Of a stretch of DNA of 63,473 bases, positions 12,663 through 24,839 are shown in pieces; position 1 is the stretch's first letter, and every line of letters starts with the position of its first letter. The notes below the pieces were generated by a model. The model worked only from the letters and a program-made list of their open reading frames with translations. It searched no databases and was not told the origin of the DNA. A program made the translations under genes and the position numbers. The stretch comes from Octopus bimaculoides (Eukaryota). Where the stretch lies: contig NC_068982.1 of the NCBI RefSeq assembly GCF_001194135.2, forward strand, positions 127,870,965 through 127,934,437, in the 5' to 3' direction.

Positions 12663-13043
12663 CAGGTGTGGCTGTGTGGAGAGAAGCTTGTTTACCAACC
12701 ACATGGTTCTGGGTTCAGTCCCACTACGTGACACTTTGGGCAAGTGTCTTCTACTATAGCCTTGGGTCGACCAAAGCCTTGTGAGTGGATTTGGTAAACA
12801 GAAACTGAAAGAGGCCCATCAAATGTGTGTGTGTATGTCTGGTCTGTGTTTGTCTCCCCACCATCGCTTGGCAACTGGCGTTGGTGTGTTTGCGTCCCTG
12901 TAACTTAGTGGTTTGCAAAAGAGACTGATAGAATAAGTACCAGGCTCACAAAGAATAAGTCCTGGGGTCAGTTTGTTTGACTAAAAGCAGTGCTCCAGCA
13001 TAGCTGCAGTCAAACGACTGAAACAAATAAAACTATAAAAGAA
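12663..13043 (+). mobile_element. SINE family A, full length
   Basis: gtggctgtgtgg...gggttcagtcccact...gctccagcatagctgcagtcaaacgactgaaacaaataaaa. Confidence 0.92.
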
Positions 13044-13709
13044 GATACATACATACACCCTCACACACATTCACACACCCACACACATATATATATTAAA
13101 CAGGGTTTCACAGTTTCCATCTATTAAATTCACTCACCGGCATTAGTCTATCCAAGGTGCATGTTGTGGAACTGAATCCAAAACCACATCGTTGCAAAAC
13201 AAAATGCTCTGCCTGCACCATGTTAGGTACAGAAAATAAAATTATTTTTATATGTTGTTGATCTGAAAATGTATCTGTAATATTTCAAATCTATTCTCTG
13301 CTCTATGTTAACTTTAAACAACATATATCAGAAGACTTTGATTTGTGTAAAGAGATATTCTATACAAAGATATTTCTTGATATCAGCAATAAACTTAATT
13401 ATGTTTGTCTCTGAGATATCTTAAAACATCTTGTTTATTAAATCATGTTTATATATTCCAAGTTAAAATGTTTAGCTTTAATTTAAACAACTGATTGTTA
13501 ATATTAAAAATAAACAACACATGATTCTAGTCTAAACTTTGGAAATAAACAGTCGATTGAAGTGTCGTAGAAAATTAAATCTGCATTTAACATCGGTGTT
13601 TTATAAAATGTGACAGACTACTGTATTTCTCAACATTTATTCAATTGCAAAATGAAGATGTTTCAAAACTTGATTTGTAAATTTTCTTAAATTATATTTC
13701 TGAAGTTAA

Positions 13710-13912
13710 CACTTTTGTTATGTTTCTGCTGAAATACTCTGTCTTTCTTTCAATTAATGTTTAAAGTAACAAAGAATTTAGTAAAATAACTTTGTCATTA
13801 TTACATTATTAGGCTGCTGTTTGGAACATAGATTAACGTGAAATTCTGTTGGAAGGTTTTAATTTAGATCACTTCAAAGATGGAGGTTTGTATCATAGAA
13901 GTGGTTACAGGC
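13710..13912. mobile_element. piggyBac-type MITE fragment
   Basis: Starts after TTAA with cacttttgtta, a degenerate CCCTTT-type end. A fragment of the same family occurs reversed near 24030-24060. Family assignment partly from recall. Confidence 0.45.
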
Positions 13913-14234
13913 CAAAATAAAAAAAAATAAAAAATTTGTCCACTAAATCCCAAATGGGTTTATAACTTTCTTTTACATGAAAAATTTTACAATGATATTG
14001 CTAAAAAATAATCAAAATGCTCAAATCTAATCTGTATCAATCATATTTGCAATGAAAATTTGTATAACCGTAGGGTAGAGATTTCCTACCCCAGGTGCCT
14101 GCATTGCCTGGAGAAGCAAGATGGTATTTCAGTGGGTGCAACAATATGTACTTTATTAAAATCACTTTTCTGGATAAAATTAACTCACTCTTAAAAATAA
14201 CTTTATTAAACCAAACTAAGAACTATTTTGCTGT

Positions 14235-14393
14235 ACTCTTTTACTTGTTTCAGTCATTTGACTGTGGCCATGCTGGAGCACCGTCTTTAGTTGAGCAAAT
14301 CAACCCCAGGACTTAATCTTTGTAAGCCTAGTACTTATTCTATCGGTCTCTTTTGCCGAACCGCTAAGTTAATGGGACGTAAACACAACAGAT

Positions 14394-14445
<52 letters not shown>

Positions 14446-14617
14446 TTATATACGACGGGCTTCTTTCAGTTTCCGTCTACCAAATCCACTCACAAGGCTT
14501 TGGTCAGCCCAAGGCTATAGTTGAAGACACTTGCCCAAGGTACCACGCAGTGGGACTGAACCCGGAACCATGTAATTCGTAAGCAAGCTACTTACCACGC
14601 AGCCACTCCTATGCCTG
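14235..14617 (-). mobile_element. SINE family A, full length, young
   Basis: Intact tail, (TA)n spacer and head. Many CpGs retained. Confidence 0.95.
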
Positions 14618-14733
14618 TATGTGATTCAATTATATAAAAAAAAATGAATTAGTTTTTAAAAGCAGCTTTTCCATTCTCAAATGTGACATTTCTTCTTTTA
14701 TAGATGTGAAAATTAATCAAACTACTCCTAGGT

Positions 14734-14813
14734 TGGGACTCACTGCTTTAAGCAATTTATATCTATAATACCATGGGACTCACTGCTTTAAGTAATTTAT
14801 ATCTACAATACCA
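14734..14813. repeat. 40-bp tandem duplication
   Basis: tgggactcactgctttaag(c/t)aatttatatcta(t/c)aatacca twice, 2 mismatches. Confidence 0.95.
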
Positions 14814-14915
14814 AATCCCCCACTCTAAGAATCCTTTATTATGAAAAGGATATTGTAATGAAACCTGCAGACACATGTTACACTGTAGTGACCGGGTGTG
14901 CCACTTGTATCTTAA

Positions 14916-15137
14916 CCCTTTAGCATTCAGATTATTCTGTCAAATGTAATGCTTATTTATTCACATTATTTTGAATTTATTCTGCATTCTCTTGTAGCCT
15001 TGAAATTTTGATTATGTGACTGTTTATTTTTAGACTAACAGTGTAGGGTAAGTGTGAGGGGTTGGATATGGCTAATGTGAACATAAAAAAGGAAAGAATA
15101 TTTTGTTTTGATATGACCAGTTTTAGTGCTAAATGGG
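14916..15137. mobile_element. piggyBac-type MITE
   Basis: TTAA|CCCTTTAGCAT at the left end and GTGCTAAATGGG|TAAA at the right end (degenerate TIR and TTAA target). Confidence 0.7.
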
Positions 15138-15549
15138 TAAAGCTCTTTGTGGCTTCATACCTTCCAGCAACTTCATTGTAAAATGAACAATCCATGAATC
15201 CATTATTTATTTTCTTCTCTCATAAAAACCTGAAACAATGGTTTCTATCCTTTTTTATGGTACATCAACACATTTTTCTCTTGTGCCTGAATCAAAATTT
15301 AAGATTAGTTTCTATTCTAATTCTTTCTTGAAAATTCAAAAAGTGTTTGAACACATAGTATGAAATAATCATTTCATAATTTAAGAAAAATCATCAATTA
15401 GCATCTTTTATCTTTTACTGGTTTCAGTCGTGGGACTGCTGGAGGCACTACCTTGAAGGATTTAATTCAACAAATCAACCCCAGCACTAAATTTTTTAAA
15501 AAGTGATTTTAGTTAATGTTTTGTAAACATCATCATTGGAGTGGCAAGG

Positions 15550-15707
15550 TGCAAGAGTGGCTGTGTGGTAAGTAGCTTGCTTACCAACCACATGGTTCCA
15601 GGTTGAGTCCCACTGCATGGCACCTTAGGCAAATGTCTTCTACTATAGCCTCGGACCAACCAAAGCCTTGTAAGTGGATTTGGTAGATGGAAACTGAAAG
15701 AAGCCTG

Positions 15708-15760
<53 letters not shown>

Positions 15761-15960
15761 TGTAATATGTGTTTGTCCCCCACCATTGCTTGACAACCGA
15801 TGTTGGTGTGTTTACATCGCCGTAACTTAGCAGTTTGGTAAAAGAGACTGATAGGGTAAGTATTAGGCTTACAAAGAATAAGTCCTGGGATCGATTTGTT
15901 TGACTCAAGGCAGTGCTCCAGCATGGCTGCAGTCAAACGACTGAAACAAATAAAAGAATA
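15550..15960 (+). mobile_element. SINE family A, full length
   Basis: Complete head, (TA)n spacer and tail. Confidence 0.95.
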
Positions 15961-16394
15961 TGTCCATGTTCTCTGCTTCTATAGGTTAGATGGTTTAACA
16001 GGATCTTTACTGCTCTTTACTGCATGTACTAGGCGCACTTTCCATGCCACCAGCACTAATGAGGGCACCATGCAGCTTGCAAGACTACCAAACCTGGGGA
16101 GGGGGTGAAACTATGAAAGAAGGGAAGGGGGAGAGGTAAGCAGGTTCTTGTAGAGGAACTACATAGCTACTCACCTTTTAAGAGAGCGAAATGGGCGGGG
16201 TGGGGCGGAGAATGATTAGTAGGAGCTGCAAGTCCAGATGGCTCCTCCAGAAGCAGAGTGAGTAGGTGTTTGTTGGGACAGAGGAACTAGGAGAGTGGGT
16301 GGTTGAGTGGTGAGAGTAGTTTGCAAGTGTGTATGGGGGTGATGGGAGGTAGGTAACAGCTTTAAAGATTGGGTAGGATTCATCTTTTATCTTC

Positions 16395-17062
16395 TAATCT
16401 TTTACCTGTTTCAGTCATTAGACTGCGGTCATGCTGGAGCATTGCTTTGAAGAAGAACTTTCTGTCGAGTAGATCAGCTCTAGTACATATTTGTTTTTTT
16501 TTAAAGCTTGGTTCTTATTCTGCCTGTCTATTTTGCTGAGCTGCTAAGTTAAATGGATGTAAACACATCAATGCCAGTTGCCAAGTGGTGGTAGGGGACA
16601 AACACATACATACATAACGTTGTCATGGCCGATGACAGTATTGCCTGATTGGCACCTGTGCCGGTGGCACATAAAAAGCACCATTCGAGCATGGTCGATG
16701 CCAGTGTTGCCTGACAGGCTCCCATACTGGTGACACATAAAAAGCATCATTCAAACGTGGTCAATGCCAGTACTGTCTGACTGGCCCTTGTGCCAGTGGT
16801 ACATAAAAAGCACCCACTACACCCTCGGAGTTGTTGGCGTTAGGAAGGGCATCCAGCTGTAGAAACTTTGCCAGATCGGATTGGAGCCTTCGGGCTTGCC
16901 AGCCCTCAGTCAAACTATCCAACCCATGCCAGCATGGAAAGCAGACATTAAANNNNNNNNNNNNNNNNNNNNNNNNNNNNNNNNNNNNNNNNNNNNNNNN
17001 NNNNNNNNNNNNNNNNNNNNNNNNNNNNNNNNNNNNNNNNNNNNNNNNNNNNTGTATATATG

Positions 17063-17093
<31 letters not shown>

Positions 17094-17283
17094 GTATGTA
17101 TAAATATATGCGTGTGTGTGTACAACAGGCTTCTTTCAGTTTTCATCTACCAGACCCACTCACAAGGTCTTGGTTGGCCCAAAGTTATAACAAGATTCTT
17201 GCCAAAGGTGTTACACAGTGGGATTGAACCCAGAACCATGTAGTTGGGAAACAAACTTCTTAACACAGAGCCACACCTGCACC
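16395..17283 (-). mobile_element. SINE family A split by a nested family B element and an N-gap
   Basis: Tail at 16395-16610 and head at 17120-17283 in the same orientation. Confidence 0.8.
16624..16952 (+). mobile_element. SINE family B with three 66-bp internal tandem units
   Basis: Units start at 16624, 16690 and 16756, followed by ttggcgttaggaagggcatccagctgtagaaa...catggaaagcagacattaaa. Confidence 0.9.
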
Positions 17284-19559
17284 TATTGATGTTAATAGTT
17301 TATTAATGAGGGTGGAACAGATAACATTAAAGAGTGTGTGTGTGTGTGTGAGGCAGACAGACGGATGGAGGGAAAGTTTCTTCTAATCACTGACCTTCAG
17401 AACAGTGTGTAGATTTGTTGAGACAAATAAAATGTAGTTTAAGTTAAGAACAAATTGGAAGATTGTATATCAGTGTTTTTGTTTTGTTTGTTGTTTTTCT
17501 TAATGACTGTGCTGTATCATCAACTGCTGTCATTATGAACGAAAGCTATCTGTCCACTCTCTGTTGGTATACATATTCTTAAATGTGTTTAAAATTAATG
17601 ATATTCTTCAAACAAATAAATCAGTAGCTTGTGTTCAGACAAATGTTGAGTAGACCTATTATTTCTTTTGAAGCTATAGAATGAACAACTTTCAGCTTAA
17701 ATAAAATTTTTTCTTTTTTTATTTTGTTATTGAGGAAATCGGTTACCTAACTATATCCTGGAATATTTGTAAAATGAAAGCAAATATGAGCATATTAAAA
17801 AATATTTTGAAACAAGAAAAAAACCAGAACGAACAACCCATAATAGTGAGTCGTATGTTTTGTGTGTGTGTGTATATATAAAATATATATATATATGCAT
17901 GTACGTATGTATATAAACCATCATAAGTACTTTATATTTTCTGTTTTCTTTTGTTTATGCCAATAGTATCAAATATTGTGAGATTTTTTTTTTGATACAT
18001 GTAAAAATATTTGTCAGTTTTGATATTTAAAGTTTTTCTAATTTCCTTTTGTGCCTGTCATATCCACTGGAATCTGATATTAGTCAAGTAAGAAATAACT
18101 TCCAGCTTCAATTTAGTATATGATTCTAGATGACGATGATAACAACAACAACAACAACAACAACAATAATAGTAACAACAACAAAGAGGAGAAAATGCTA
18201 ATTTCTTCATATAAATAATAAAACCTCACATTATAGAAGACAGAAAATGGGAAGTTATGATATTTGTGTCTTATCTAAGTTCATTAATGATAAAAATGGT
18301 TTCAACTGAGAATCAACAGCAGGTCATCGATTTAGCATGTTATGTAAAACTTACCACCTTCTTATGGCATTCATCACTATAGCAACAATAATCAGATAAG
18401 TTCTTTTAAGTAAATGCAAAGCCATTCTGGGCTGTAGAAAGTTGTATCCAATTAAATTAATCTGTGTATATATTATGGGGTCCTTTTGGTCCCAAAGGGA
18501 TTAATTGTAACCATAAAGGAGATACAGCAAATCATGACTGTTAACCATCAAAGCTGCCTCTCTTCAGTCTCACCCGAACAGTAATAATAACCAGGATGAA
18601 ATTTTGTTTCAGAACTTCATATGCCAGTCTTGTCTTCTCTATTTAATTACCTAAACTTAATTTACTTGTTTGATAAGAGAAGGCACTAAAGGTCCACTGA
18701 AAACCTGCAGTTTTGCTTGACTATGTTCCAAAAATTTGCTACTCTAACTAATGAAATTGGCTCACAGCTTTAGACCCATATTCCTCTTCCATAGTTTATT
18801 ATTAGTGTATCCTTTCTTTTGCTCTCCTCATTGAAAAGAAGTATTCCTAGACTTGCATTATTCAAGTTACAGCTAAATCTTGTATTCTATACAGTCAGAT
18901 TCAGCATATCGCCTGCTCAACAGAATACATCACAAGAAAGCATACACAATATTACGTCCTTGCTATTCATGATCAGCACATAGCTGAAACCTTTGTACTC
19001 TTTATAAATGTTTAGTCTTGCAATCTCTGGTGACCTTTCATGGCATTACCTATAATTTCATATAATGAACATTGTTTCACAAAGGCTAGCTTTACTGTTC
19101 AGAGCTGCTCCAAGGAAATAATTGATCCCTTCTTAAGTAATCCTTGATCTAGCTCATACAATACACAAATGCACCTTACCCTGAAGTACCGCTTCACATA
19201 TCTTGAATATTTTTCCATTTGTAAAACCCAAAGCTTAGCATTTTGGGATTCATTATGGAATACATTATTTTCATCTCAGCTGTTTTAGAAAATAACTGTC
19301 TTGTCATTGTTTACAAATGGTTATTTCCTAATTCCTTTGAATTTTAAGCAACACATTGTTGGACAGTGTTGAATGATCATTGAGTCAGTAGCAATTACAG
19401 TACTTTATGTAATCTTTTCTAATTAATACTGATATAATCAACACAATCTGCTGCAGCTGGACATTTTCTTTTCTTTTTGGAATATGACACCTAGTTGTTA
19501 TGATAATGGCGTTTTAAACTGTCATGTTTAGAAATTTTAATAAAATTAAATACAAAGCC

Positions 19560-20490
19560 ACAGGCATGGTTGTGTTGTAAGAAGCTTGCTTCCCAACCAC
19601 ATGGTTCCAGGTTCAGTCCCACTGCATGTCACCTTGGGCAAGTGTCTTCAACTATAGCCTCAGGCTGACCAAAACCTTGTGAGTGGATTTGGTAGACGGA
19701 AGCTGAAAGAAGCCTATCATCATCATCGTCGTCGTTTAACGTCCGCTTTCCATGCTAGCATGGGTTGGACGATTTGACTGAGGACTTGTGAAACCAGATG
19801 GCTACACCAGGCTCCAATCTGATTTGGCAGAGTTTCTACAGCTGGATGCCCTTCCTAACGCCAACCACTCAGAGAGTGTAGTGGGTACTTTTACGTGTNN
19901 NNNNNNNNNNNNNNNNNNNNNNNNNNNNNNNNNNNNNNNNNNNNNNNNNNNNNNNNNNNNNNNNNNNNNNNNNNNNNNNNNNNNNNNNNNNNNNNNNNNN
20001 NNNNNNNNNNNNNNNNNNNNNNNNNNNNNNNNNNNNNNNNNNNNNNNNNNNNNNNNNNNNNNNNNNNNNNNNNNNNNNNNNNNNNNNNNNNNNNNNNNNN
20101 NNNNNNNNNNNNNNNNNNNNNNNNNNNNNNNNNNNNNNNNNNNNNNNNNNNNNNNNNNNNNNNNNNNNNNNNNNNNNNNNNNNNNNNNNNNCTGCACAAG
20201 AGCCAGTCCAGGGGCACTGGCAACGATCTCGCTCGAAAAATTTCATGTGTCACCCGCACAAGAGCCAGCCCAGGGGCACTGGCAACGATCTCCCTCGAAA
20301 ATCCTACAATGGCCCCGCACAAGAGCCAGTCCCAGGGCACCCCACCATCACTTGACAATTGATACTGGTGTGTTTATGTCCCTGTAATTTGGCAGTTCAG
20401 CAAAAGTGACCAATAAAATAAGTACTAGGCTTACAAAGAATAAGTCCTGGGGTCGATTTCTTTGACTAAAACCCTGAATCAAGTAAAAAA
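19560..20490 (+). mobile_element. SINE family A split by a nested reverse family B element
   Basis: A head 19560-19715; B (-) 19716-20345 with ~62-bp tandem units and an N-gap; A tail 20345-20490. Confidence 0.85.
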
Positions 20491-20599
20491 ATATGAATGG
20501 AGGAAATGTATGTGTATGTGTTACATGACTGTTCAAGTTGAATCTTATTTCATAATGATTTTTCATATTTATTAATTGTCCCTTAAATCTAGTTTGCAA

Positions 20600-21280
20600 C
20601 AATAGCATTCCTAAATCCATCAGTTCATTAACATTTTCAAGACCTTCTTAGCCTCATTATCAGAATGAAATGATGTTAATAACAATATGTTGTTTGCAAG
20701 CTTTGTAATAGGTTGCAAAGGGTTATGGGAATATTGTTATAGGTAATAAGATTATTTTCACCTGATTTAAAATTTTTTCAATGGTCAAGTCCTTGTAGAT
20801 TTTGGCTGATTTTGTGTATATTGTATCTTTGTGGTGAGTTTTGGTTTGTATTTTGCTTTTAGTAAAGCTTCCATGATTGCTCTTCTTATCTTTTGTGGAA
20901 GTCTATATAGAATTGTAATACTGTCCACTGATGTTTCTCTGTCTACTTTTATTTCATGTACTTTATTACAATGAGCTATGATGATGTCTTTGTCGTTAAT
21001 GTGTAGTCAACTGATGAGAAAGTGTATTTATGTGTTTAATACAACAGTCATATCAGACACATAAATATGACACTTCCTGTTGGTTGACCATGCAACAGTG
21101 TGGTTGCATGTGTGTTTATATATATATATATATATATATATNNNNNNNNNNNNNNNNNNNNNNNNNNNNNNNNNNNNNNNNNNNNNNNNNNNNNNNNNNN
21201 NNNNNNNNNNNNNNNNNNNNNNNNNNNNNNNNNNNNNNNNNNNNNNNNNNNNNNNNNNNNNNNNNNNNNNNNNNNNNNNN

Positions 21281-21339
<59 letters not shown>

Positions 21340-22740
21340 TATATAGAAGTGTGCATATGTGTGTGTGTGTATATATATATCTATATAGATATGAAAGTGT
21401 TTGTATTTTGGGAAGTGAGTGAATGAGTGCCTTTGTGTGTATGTTGTGTATATGTGGAATATTCTTCTCTCAAGTTCACGCTCTATTTTTTAAAATAAAA
21501 GACGATCAAGAGTGGTTTGATGCGAACATCAACACAATTTGGCATGCTCCTGGACAATGTTTGCTGTAATATTTTTGATGCTAGTCTGTGTAGAATTTTG
21601 TTGTGTGCAAATTTTGTCTTTCTTTGCTAAGAATGTGCTTATCCATGTGAGTAAACATAGCTCCAGTTTCTTCAATTGAAGAAATTGCAATTTCATTTTG
21701 AAAACCTTGCCTGCTCACATTTCTTTGTCCTTTGTGTGCTAGTAAAATATGAGGAAATAATAAGCAATTCTAGATAGTCCGTTATCACACACATACAAAA
21801 AGTTGTGTTAAGTTCTTTGGAGTACTGTTCTATTCACCCTTCATACTCTGAAAAATCAATGGTGAATTGCAAATGCTCAAGAAATTCTGATGCATGCTAA
21901 CAGGCATGATACGTCCAAAGGAATCCTTTCTTGACACTGTTCAAGATAGTATTCTATAAAACAAGGGAGAGAAATTTGTTTACTTAAGTAGTAAGGGCAT
22001 AACACATCTGTCCAGTGTAGGGTAGATGCTGTCTGATGTTCTGCTAAAAAGACTAGTCCAGTCAGTATCAAAGATTCACACATCAGACTCAAAGTGTGGC
22101 TTCCACAGGGCTCAGTTGACAATCAATGTAAACTTCATTAAAAGGCAGATAGGCGCCTTCAGAAGAAATATTAGAAACATCAAGAATTGTTTATTACATT
22201 TGTTTTTGTTTGAGCTCTTAAATGCTTTTGACACTATAAAGAAAGAAATTTCTATCACATATTTTCAGAATGTTTGGTGTGTAGAGTGTATGGAAGTGAG
22301 TGAGAGTCTCTGTGTCTATGTAAGGGTATGTGTGTATGTATACTATCTTCTATATTTTAAAAATATTCAGTTCGTCTGGGCATGGATAGAACTGAATGTT
22401 GGACAGACCAATGTATGATGATAACAAAAGTCTAGGTTGCAAGTGTGCTCCTTATAATGCTCAAGGGAATTTGAGCCATTCTACACAGATCGATGGCTCA
22501 AGTTTTAGGCCCTTCTAAGTATGAACAAGAATTTGGCAAGACTAGGTGCAGTCTTTTGTAGTGTTTTATAATGTCATCTGCACCTGTATGATCATACTAC
22601 TAAGTGTAAGGATGGAAAAGGAAGTGGGAGATGCTATTAACTTCTGATTTGATATGAACCTTTCCAGTGCAGATTTTACTACCAGAACTTGACATTTAGA
22701 ATTTCACATTATCAGGCTTGTGTTTTGGCCATGGAAGTTA
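20600..22740 (-). mobile_element. Decayed Penelope-like retroelement (RT and GIY-YIG remnants), interrupted by (TA)/(AG) repeats and a gap
   Basis: Manual minus-strand translation: NFHG-KHKPDNVKF near 22700-22740 (like FYGLPKIHKP), YLPFNEVY, EFLEHLQFTIDFS, and C-terminal MEALLKAKYKPKL at 20836-20874. Many stops and frameshifts. Confidence 0.65.
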
Positions 22741-23520
22741 TGCATCATCAAGTCATGTGCTTATCTTGTTTTTGATGTGTGTAGTTGTGTTGTAGTGTGA
22801 ATATTGCTTTTATAATTAATTGCCTATTTTTGCAAGGGAATTCTCTATAGTATGGGTGTGTTGCTTGTTAATATTTTCTATTTCTCTTTGTTTTATGGTG
22901 TGCTATGTAGTGTGTTGCAATTGCTCCTTGTCATAAATGTATGGCAAGCCTAGGAGAAAGTTATGTGCTCTATGGCCAATGTAACAATAATTTTTACAGT
23001 TGCATTAATAAATTACAGTGGTAATTTGTGGTTTGTTCTCAGGTTTACGTGCCTGTCGTGTGATGCTGATAGGGAAGCTTTTCATTTTAGTGTTTTTATA
23101 ATATATTATTAGTCTCAGTTTATTGTTAGGTGTGGTGCAATTGGTGTTTCATTTTATGTGATTTTTGATTGTGTGTTCATCTATTAGATTCATATAATTT
23201 ACAGTGTGTAATTTGTGTGTTTTAGTAGGGATAATGCCTAATGTATTTTCTGTATCATATTTCTTCCAATAGTCCTTCATATCTTTGTCTATTCATCTCT
23301 GAATATCTGTTGTTAATTAATGTTTATTTTACTCTGTGAATTTCTTTATCTAGTTCTTGTTTTGCACAACAGTATCTAAATGCTCTCCAAAGTGATAATT
23401 TTACCTCTTGACATTTTGTAACCATGTGGGTATTTGTTCCCTCCGTGTTGGTATATGCATTTCTTTGTGACTTTGGTTATACTGATACAATGTATCTATC
23501 ATTTTAGTTTGAGTGCTTTG
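22740..23520 (-). mobile_element. Decayed Penelope-like element 3' part (GIY-YIG endonuclease)
   Basis: Minus strand: RAFRYC...KLRLIIYYKN...VIY*CNCKNYCYIGH (22972-22989)...IKAIFTLQH, as in PLE C-termini. Confidence 0.75.
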
Positions 23521-23749
23521 TATCAAAAAATGGATTCATATTTGTATTGTTTTGGATTTTGAATTATCTCAATCAGTGGAATTGGTAGATGGAGAATATG
23601 TAGGGAAGTCTGTTGTGTGTGTGTGTGGGGAGGGGAGTATGTATGCAAATATTGACATTCCATGCTTTTGCTTGTTATTCCCAGAGTGAAACAGGGAAAT
23701 GACATTTACATTACTTGTTGGCATTATGATGTTTCACTCTGTAAAAGGT

Positions 23750-23968
23750 AGCAAGCTGGCACAATTGTTAGCACACCTGGCAAAAATGCTTTGTGTCATT
23801 TCTTCTGACTTTGTGTTTTGATTTCAAATTCCACTGAGGGTTGACTCTGTCTTTTATCCTTCTGGGCACAAAAATATAAATACCAGTTGAGCACTGGGGT
23901 TGATGTAATTGACTAGCTCCCTCCCCTAAAATTTCAGGCTGTTTGCTTATAGTAGAAAAAAGTTAATT
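23750..23968 (+). mobile_element. SINE family D
   Basis: gctggcacaattgttagcacac...ttcaaattccactgagg...taccagttgagcactggggttgatgtaattgactag. Confidence 0.8.
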
Positions 23969-24091
23969 CTTGTCACTCTGTTCTTTCAAAAAAAAAAAAA
24001 AAAGTGGCATTACACTAGCTGAATGATAACTAAGTTATTTTACTAAATTCTTTGTTATTCCAGTTCTATATTTAAGAGATGAGGAATTATG

Positions 24092-24306
24092 TACATTATT
24101 TACATTTGACGGATATTTGTCTTCATCTTGTTTGTTGTTAACACAACGACAATAATAATAATAATATCAAAAATACCTTAGGAATGAGAACCCAAGTTCG
24201 AAATTTCCCAAAGACACCTGATGAAGGTTGGAGGGTCTACCAGCCAAATCGTTGTGTTAACAACAAACAAGATGAGGACAAATATCTGTCAAATGTAAAT
24301 AATGTA
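24092..24306. repeat. Inverted repeat with 58-bp arms (24092-24149 / 24249-24306)
   Basis: Arms differ at 2 positions. Another copy of the arm occurs at ~60795-60845. Confidence 0.95.
24213..24258 (+). ncRNA. Minimal type-I hammerhead ribozyme remnant (Penelope pLTR type), core damaged
   Basis: gacac CTGATGA a ggttg-loop-cagcc [AAAT in place of GAAA] CG TT gtgtt. Stems I and II and the CG-T part of stem III can be drawn. Confidence 0.65.
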
Positions 24307-24839
24307 AATTCTTTGTTATGTTTAAAGTTATTGAAAGAAACATAGAGCATCTCAAAATAAATACGATAACAAAAGGGTTAAATGTATGGATGCTTATAAG
24401 TTTATACAAATGCTTGAATGTACCTAATATGTTGGTATTATTATTATTATTATTCATCTGTTTTCCATGTTGGTATGAAATGAATGGTTTGAAATGATCT
24501 GAGAAACTACAGGACTACATCAAGCACCAGTTTAAACTTTGGCATGATCTCTATAGCTGGATGGTCTTCTTAATGCCAACCAGTTTTTAGTGTGTACTGA
24601 GTGCTTTTTTCATGATACCTATGCAAGTGAGGATACAAAGTAACTTGTGAGATTACAAAACAAGAAAAGGAAAACAATGAAAAAAAGTCCTCTTGACTGA
24701 GTGGAAGTATTTGAGAGTATTTATGCTGGGTGTTGAAAGATGATAGAGGGACAAACACAGGTGGTGCCTTGCTATTGAAGAAATACATGGCTACCTCTCA
24801 TTATATTAGGGTAGGTGGAAGCAGCTAGAAGGAAGATAA

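Noticed and set aside
14094-14122. 29-nt microexon after cctaccccAG
   Set aside because: Short pyrimidine tract, weak donor (GTATTT) and no independent support.
16190-16212. G-quadruplex or GC-box regulatory element
   Set aside because: Only three G3+ tracts, embedded in an old G-rich repeat remnant far from the candidate promoter.
16624-16814. Regularly spaced repeats as a CRISPR-like array
   Set aside because: Whole 66-bp units are homologous with no unique spacers, they sit inside a SINE, the DNA is eukaryotic and there are no cas genes.
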